From the NCBI GenBank assembly GCA_963827685.1, contig CAWHBU010000005.1:224001-288000 (forward strand): a DNA stretch of 64,000 nt, in the 5' to 3' direction. Positions 59,896-64,000 of the stretch are shown one piece after another. The notes under the pieces are model-generated. The model did not search any database. It saw only the letters and a list, made by a program, of their open reading frames with translations, and was not told the origin of the DNA. Position 1 is the stretch's first letter. Every line of letters begins with the position of its first letter. Both the position numbers and the translations under genes were made by a program. The DNA is from an uncultured delta proteobacterium (GTDB lineage: Bacteria > Desulfobacterota > BSN033 > UBA1163).

Positions 59896-60843
59896 ATGGT
59901 AAAAAGAATTTTTGGTATTCTATTCGTATTATCTCTCATCGCAGCCATACCTATTCATGCAGCGGATTTTCCGACGAAGGAGGTACAGATCATTATTCCC
60001 TGGGCAGCCGGCGGGGCAACGGACCTGATCTTCAGGGCCTTGGCTGCAACGACTGGAAAATATCTTGGAAAGGCTGTAGTCGTTGTCAACCGACCAGGCG
60101 GTGCGGGAGCTGTGGGATACACGGAAGCCGCACAGACCAAACCGGATGGCTATACGCTGGTTTCTGCGATCACGCCTCTCACCATACTTCCGCATCAAGT
60201 GACCACTGCCTTCACCTATAAAAGTTTTGACCCCGTTATCAATGTGGTGAGCGACCCAGGCATGTTTTTGGTGAAATCGGATGCCCCATGGAAGAGTCTC
60301 AAGGAGTTTTTAGATTATGCTAAAAAGAACCCTGACATGATCACAGTGGGGAACTCAGGTGCGGGCGGAGGAGTCCATCTGATTGCCCTTGCGTTTGAAA
60401 AAGCAGCCGGCGTGAAATTCAACCATATTCCTTTTGCAGGCGGAGGTCCGTCTGTAACCGCCCTTCTTGGAGGCCATATCAATACTGTCACAGTCTCTCC
60501 ACCCGAAGGAATCGAGCATGTGAAAGCAGGAAAGTTGAAGATCATTGCCCTCTTTTCAGAAAAGAGGTTCGAGCTTTTCCCTGATGTCCCAACCGTGAAG
60601 GAACAGGGTATCGATTTTGTCATGGGGCAATGGCGGGGATTAGCCGCACCTAAGGGCACTCCACCTGATGTGATTAAGAGACTTCATGATGCCTTCAAAC
60701 AGGGAATGGATGATCCGGTGTTCAGAAGAAATGCAAAGGACATGGTTGTAAATCTCTCCTATCTTGCCCCAGAGGCTTTTGGAAAACTGATGGCTCGTGA
60801 CGATGAGTTTTATGGCAAACTGGTCAAGGAGATCAGAAAATAA
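59896..60843 (+). CDS. tctC: Bug/TctC solute-binding protein
   Basis: PWAAGGATD, NRPGGAG, LLGGH; ATG 59896 after AAGGAGG. Confidence 0.95.
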   Translation: MVKRIFGILFVLSLIAAIPIHAADFPTKEVQIIIPWAAGGATDLIFRALAATTGKYLGKAVVVVNRPGGAGAVGYTEAAQTKPDGYTLVSAITPLTILPHQVTTAFTYKSFDPVINVVSDPGMFLVKSDAPWKSLKEFLDYAKKNPDMITVGNSGAGGGVHLIALAFEKAAGVKFNHIPFAGGGPSVTALLGGHINTVTVSPPEGIEHVKAGKLKIIALFSEKRFELFPDVPTVKEQGIDFVMGQWRGLAAPKGTPPDVIKRLHDAFKQGMDDPVFRRNAKDMVVNLSYLAPEAFGKLMARDDEFYGKLVKEIRK

Positions 60844-60869
60844 TTTAAATTAGAAAGGAGGGTAAAATA

Positions 60870-61875
60870 ATGAAAACTGCAAAGTTAGGATTCATTCTGT
60901 CAATTTTTGCTCTTTCATGTTTCCTCTTCGCCTGTGCGGAGACAGCTCCCACAGTCAAACCCACCGCCCAAGCCGGGAAGAAAACGACCATCCGTATTGG
61001 AAGTCCGTTTAAATCGGGTACTATTGTGGTTGATGCGGCGGAAAAGTTCAAGGAGCTGGTGGAGAAGGGGAGCGGAGGCCGGATCGAGGTGAAGATTGAC
61101 GCCGGCACCAAGGCGGAAATTGAAATCAATAAGATGAACAGGGCCGGCGAACTCGAAATGCAGTCTAATGGGACGAATTTCCTGCAGGCTCTACGCCCCC
61201 CCGTACTACTTCTTCACTAATCCCTACGTCATGAAGGACTTCGATCACTACATGCGCGCCTGGAACGGTAAGCTCGGCCAGGCGGCGCGGGCCCAGTTAG
61301 AGAAGAACGATCTGAAGTACCTGGGGACCATCTACCGGGGACTGCGGCAGATGACGACTAAGAAGCCGGTCTACACACCGGCGGACGTGTATAACATGAA
61401 GCTCCGGCTGCCGCCCATCCCCACTTGGATGGCTGTCTGGAAGGCCATGGGTACGGACCCTGTTGCCGTCCCGCTGCCCGAGCTCTACAATTCACTTAAG
61501 ACGGGTAAGACCGAATCCTCGGAGGGCGACCTGCCGCAGATTGCCGGCTTCAAGCTTTACGAGGTCCAAAGCCATTTGATTATCACCAATCACCTTGTGC
61601 AGACTGCGGGAATCCTGATCAACAAGCCCTTCTTCGACAAGCTATCCAAGGCGGACCAGGACCTCATCGTCAAGGCCGGCAAGGAGGCGGAGGAATGGGC
61701 CAACAACAAGATCAAGACCGGCGAGGCGGCCATCCTGGTGGATCTCCAACGAAAGGGCATGCAGGTGGTGATCCCGGACGCCGAGTCCTTCCGGGCGAAG
61801 GCCAAGGACGCTGTCAACGAGCTGTTCAAGACCCAATGGTCGGTCACGACATGGGCTGAAGTGCTGGCTCAATAG
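60870..61875 (+). CDS. dctP: TRAP solute-binding protein (lipoprotein), +1 frameshift near 61187
   Basis: LFAC lipobox, F..LVE..SGGRIEV, KLRLP, ELYNSLKTG, LYEVQ. Confidence 0.88.
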
Positions 61876-61879
61876 GTTT

Positions 61880-62003
61880 CACCCCCTACCCTCCCCTCCA
61901 CCATCAAGCCTACCTTCGGCAGGCAGGAGAGGGAGGAATCCTTAAGTGTATTTATCAGGCTCCCTCTCTCCCCTTGCTGGGAGAGGCATCGGGTGAGGGG
62001 GGC
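61880..62003. repeat. REP-like inverted pair with an inserted CCTACC...GGCAGGCAGG unit
   Basis: CCCCCTACCCTCCCCTCC and GGGAGAGG...GGGTGAGGGGG arms. Confidence 0.7.
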
Positions 62004-62021
62004 TAAATGTAAGGAGAAATA

Positions 62022-63128
62022 ATGGCGCTCGTAGATGAAATCAGAGAAAAAGAGAGAAGGGTTAGGACATTTCTTCAGTCGAGGGGCCTCAAGGCTTTAC
62101 TTCTCAAACGGCAGGCTAACTTTTCGTGGATGACGGCGGGTGGTCTCAATCTGGTAGGCATTGCCACAGAGATGGGGGCCACTTCCCTTCTCATTACTGA
62201 AAATTCAAAATTTGTGATCTCGAATAACATCGAAGCCCCTCGTATGATCGAAGAGGAGGGTTTGGAGGAACAGGGGTTCATCATCAAAACATTTCCCTGG
62301 TATGAAGATCAGGAAGTCTCCGTTATCAGAGAGCTCGTTGGAGAAAGTCCCTTCGGAAGTGATGTTCCATTTCAAAATGCAATGGTGGTCGCCGAGGATG
62401 TGGCGAAGCTCCGATACTCACTGACACCAGAGGAGCAGGAAAGATATCGGTGGTTAGGAGAAAAGGTCTCCTTGGCGCTGGAAAAAACGCTGATGAAAAC
62501 GAAAAAAGGAGAAAAGGAATCGGAGGTGGTGGGAAGACTCTGCTCTGAAATCTGGAAAGATCGAATTGACCCCATCACCTTGATGGGTGCTGCAGATGAT
62601 CGTGTTGCCAATTTCCGCCATCCCATTCCCACTGAAAAAAAGATTAAGAAATATCTTATGGTCTCTATCTGTGCTCGAAAGTGGGGGCTCATCGTTTCCC
62701 TCACCCGTTTCGTTTACTTCGGAAGATTACCCAAAGAACTGAGAAAAAAGTACGAAGCCAATGTCTTTATCGACTGCACCTTCATGGCCCATACCCGTCC
62801 GGGAGTTCTTGCCAGGGAGGTTTTTCAAAAAGGGATCGATGCCTATCAAGAAAAAGGATATCCAGACGAATGGAAACTTCACCACCAAGGTGGTTCGATC
62901 GGTTATACGGGTAGGGATTACAGGGCAAACCTTAAATCGCCTGATGTCATCCAAGAAAATCAGGCTTTCACCTGGAACCCATCGATCACCGGGACGAAAT
63001 CAGAGGATACCATCCTTACCACCTCGAAGGGGCTGGAGATGATCACGCGTCCCATCCGCTACCCTACCCTTTCATTGGAAGTGGGGAATATCCCATTTAT
63101 CCGGCCGGCGATCTTGGAGAAAAAATGA
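62022..63128 (+). CDS. M24-family (Xaa-Pro) peptidase-like protein
   Basis: FRHPIP, SLTR, HHQGG, WNPSITGTKSEDT. Confidence 0.88.
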   Translation: MALVDEIREKERRVRTFLQSRGLKALLLKRQANFSWMTAGGLNLVGIATEMGATSLLITENSKFVISNNIEAPRMIEEEGLEEQGFIIKTFPWYEDQEVSVIRELVGESPFGSDVPFQNAMVVAEDVAKLRYSLTPEEQERYRWLGEKVSLALEKTLMKTKKGEKESEVVGRLCSEIWKDRIDPITLMGAADDRVANFRHPIPTEKKIKKYLMVSICARKWGLIVSLTRFVYFGRLPKELRKKYEANVFIDCTFMAHTRPGVLAREVFQKGIDAYQEKGYPDEWKLHHQGGSIGYTGRDYRANLKSPDVIQENQAFTWNPSITGTKSEDTILTTSKGLEMITRPIRYPTLSLEVGNIPFIRPAILEKK

Positions 63129-63195
63129 GATGATTCTTATTGGGAGTTTAGAGTTAAGAATTCGAAATTGGAAATTCAATTGAAGGGCGCGGGAA

Positions 63196-63495
63196 TTGAT
63201 TATGATCGAAAGGCATGTCACGTTCAATGTCATTCCTGGAAGGGAAAAGGACTTTGAAACCGTATTCAAAGACGCTTATTGCATTGCCATGTCAAAACAA
63301 CCTGGTTTCGTCTCGGTGGCCCTTCTAAAAGAACATGATAAGGAAGCAGTCTACCAGATGGTGATCCGATTTCAATCCCTTGAAACAGCAGCGGCCTGGA
63401 GAGATTCAGCAGATCATAAGGCCCTCTCGCCCAAGATCAAAGCCCTTTATCAAGGGAGTGCTGTCCAGGTCTACGAGGTGATTGCTCAAAAATAG
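63196..63495 (+). CDS. Antibiotic-biosynthesis-monooxygenase (ABM) domain protein
   Basis: PG.E..FE, QPGF, WRDS..H. Confidence 0.85.
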   Translation: MIMIERHVTFNVIPGREKDFETVFKDAYCIAMSKQPGFVSVALLKEHDKEAVYQMVIRFQSLETAAAWRDSADHKALSPKIKALYQGSAVQVYEVIAQK

Positions 63496-63583
63496 TACTT
63501 GATTAAATACAGGTGATGTTTCTTCATTCAGTAAATCAGGAACTTCAGAGGTCTTTCAAAAATTTCTTAGCGAAGGAGTTGAG

Positions 63584-64000
63584 ATGGAGAGAGTAAGGAT
63601 TGGGATGGTCGGTACCGGGTTTGCTGGTCGCCTGCACCTCAACAATTATTCAAAATTGCGAGGTCTCAAGGTTGATCTCGTCGCCATTTGCTCAAAAGAT
63701 GATGACCTCGCAAGTGTCGCCAAGGCATATGGTATTCCCGACTATTATGATGATTATCGACGCGTCCTTGAGCGAAAGGACATTGATGTGATCGACCTGT
63801 GCATCTCAACAGATTTGCATGAAGCTTTCTGCATCGAGACTGCTCAGGCCAGGAAACACATCATATGCGAAAAACCCCTGACAGGATATTTTGGAAAAGA
63901 CCGGAAGGAAGAGCACATTGGCTTTGAAGTCAGTAAAGCGTTAATGCTGAAAGAGACGTTGCAAGGCTGCGATCGGGTTGCTCAAGCAGTAAAAGAGAAC
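63584..64000 (+). CDS. Gfo/Idh/MocA oxidoreductase, 5' part (runs off window end)
   Basis: Manual translation MERVRIGMVGTGFAGRLH...IDVIDLC...H...GKHIICEKP-like; AAGGAG RBS. Confidence 0.9.
   Translation, partial: MERVRIGMVGTGFAGRLHLNNYSKLRGLKVDLVAICSKDDDLASVAKAYGIPDYYDDYRRVLERKDIDVIDLCISTDLHEAFCIETAQARKHIICEKPLTGYFGKDRKEEHIGFEVSKALMLKETLQGCDRVAQAVKEN

Noticed and set aside
939-63791. Numerous short antisense or nested ORFs in the ORF track
   Set aside because: They lie inside well-supported genes and carry no motifs of their own
1-64000. CRISPR array, rRNA or tRNA genes
   Set aside because: No regularly spaced repeat-spacer series and no cloverleaf or rRNA signatures seen by eye

Overview
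64 kb from a Gram-negative bacterium. Gene content and repeat families resemble Desulfobacterota/'Deltaproteobacteria' (inference). Positions 1-42.7 kb are one long minus-strand LPS/surface-glycan locus: two GT9 heptosyltransferases, many GT2/GT4, Wzx, two GT-C (ArnT/PMT-like) membrane transferases, split Alg13/Alg14, a WbpB/D/I-like set, a CDP-glucose-derived C-/O-methyl deoxysugar pathway and nine methyltransferases. Its distal end is decayed and holds an IS256 element. The rest is envelope/housekeeping genes (TPR, TonB-C, ftsB, radical SAM, pcm), an integrase-less integron cassette remnant, a nucleoside hydrolase/ribokinase pair, and an IclR-led TctBAC + DctP uptake/catabolic cluster. The most unusual signals are non-coding: (i) a 23-bp palindromic micro-element in three copies, each with its own flanking direct repeat; (ii) nested REP-like palindromes and heptamer arrays, some translated in frame; (iii) a ~290-bp multi-hairpin element closed by a perfect 26-bp inverted repeat; (iv) an attC site with a matching cassette core. 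Nine frameshifts are all +1, which points to consensus errors rather than biology. No rRNA, tRNA or CRISPR array was seen. All family assignments come from motif recognition by eye, not database searches.
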